DNA of 64,000 nt, taken from positions 96,001 through 160,000 of the forward strand of contig CBDUPA010000007.1 of NCBI GenBank assembly GCA_965368975.1, given 5' to 3'. Origin of the DNA: an uncultured bacterium. GTDB lineage: Bacteria > Acidobacteriota > Thermoanaerobaculia > Multivoradales > JAHZIX01. Numbering within the stretch: the stretch's first letter is position 1; each line of letters starts with the position of its first letter. A program made the translations under genes and the position numbers. The notes under the pieces are model-generated. The model ran no database searches. It saw nothing but the letters and a program-made list of their open reading frames with translations, and was not told the origin of the DNA. Below, piece after piece: positions 63,387 through 64,000 of the stretch.

Positions 63387-64000
63387 ATGCCACAAGCAAC
63401 CAACGCCCAGAAGTCTCATCCGGCTAGCACATCGGCTAGCACATCGGCCAGTAGATCGGCCAGCGAGCCAGCACCCGTCGTCACCACGTTCAAGGTCGGC
63501 AAGTCCAAGAAAGCCAGTAAGCCGACCGATGCCAACACGCTCAAGCTAGTGGCGAAGCCGATCACTCAGGGCGGGGTCCCGAATGTGGTCAACGATAACT
63601 TCGAACGCGCGATCGCTTCCGCCAAGCAGGGCGGTGAGCCTCTCCAGGGCTACTTCGACGCGATGAACAAGACCGCCGATTTCTGGGGCTTCATGGCCAA
63701 GAATACGGGCGAACATCAGAATCCCTTCGTGCCGGGGACGGACGCCCAGGGCAACCCGATCATGATGGCCTCCAGCGGCAACGTCGACATGCGCTACGGC
63801 GCTTTCTACCGGGGACCGGAGAAAGCCCAGGCTGCCGAGGGTGACGATGTACCGGTGGTCGGCATTGCCACGCTGCAGACGGGTGAAACCACATATGGCC
63901 TGACGAAGACCCTGTCGTTCGGATTGGAAATCGCCGGTATACCTCCGGGCTTGATCTTGGGCAGCAAGCTCTTCAAGTCCTTGATCCAGCCGCTCTACAA
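63387..64000 (+). CDS. Paralog of the 62067 protein, runs off the window edge
   Basis: Manual translation MPQATNAQK...VVGIATLQT...GLEIAGIPPGLILGSKLFKSLIQPLY aligns by eye with VFGVATVSL...GLAEIPAGIAVGKALLDVLIKPLV. Confidence 0.7.
   Translation, partial: MPQATNAQKSHPASTSASTSASRSASEPAPVVTTFKVGKSKKASKPTDANTLKLVAKPITQGGVPNVVNDNFERAIASAKQGGEPLQGYFDAMNKTADFWGFMAKNTGEHQNPFVPGTDAQGNPIMMASSGNVDMRYGAFYRGPEKAQAAEGDDVPVVGIATLQTGETTYGLTKTLSFGLEIAGIPPGLILGSKLFKSLIQPLY

Noticed and set aside
63419-63466. 12-bp repeats CGGCTAGCACAT as regulatory DNA
   Set aside because: They lie in frame within the 63387 ORF and encode an ASTS low-complexity linker

Overview
GC-rich bacterial DNA; the gene content (VWA protein, KLxLxRETL peptides, sigma/CHAT modules, long NRPS) suggests Acidobacteriota, possibly Thermoanaerobaculia, but this is inference only. 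From left to right: a DUF937-type gene, a standalone two-module NRPS behind exopolysaccharide glycosyltransferases, a lower-GC island of about 7 kb (13.0-19.95 kb), YceI, RnfD-like/DUF2330 and peptidase genes, two orphan double-glycine peptides, HigBA, a three-precursor microviridin-type graspetide cluster, PAS kinases, tRNA-Lys, housekeeping genes, BrnTA, an ECF sigma/anti-sigma/TPR-CHAT/S8 protease module, a third orphan peptide and a pair of toxin-like paralogs. The best candidate for an undescribed system is in the island. A perfect 17-bp recombinase-type site (GATAA-CTAGAAA-TTATC) occurs twice in inverted orientation (14129-14145 and 19795-19811) and brackets convergent ATP-grasp+AsnB and CHAT-NTPase-TPR cargo. 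One copy lies inside the 3' end of a tyrosine recombinase gene. Inverting the segment would end the recombinase with a TAG that overlaps the GTG start of the CHAT gene, suggesting a recombinase-driven switch between two cargo modules.
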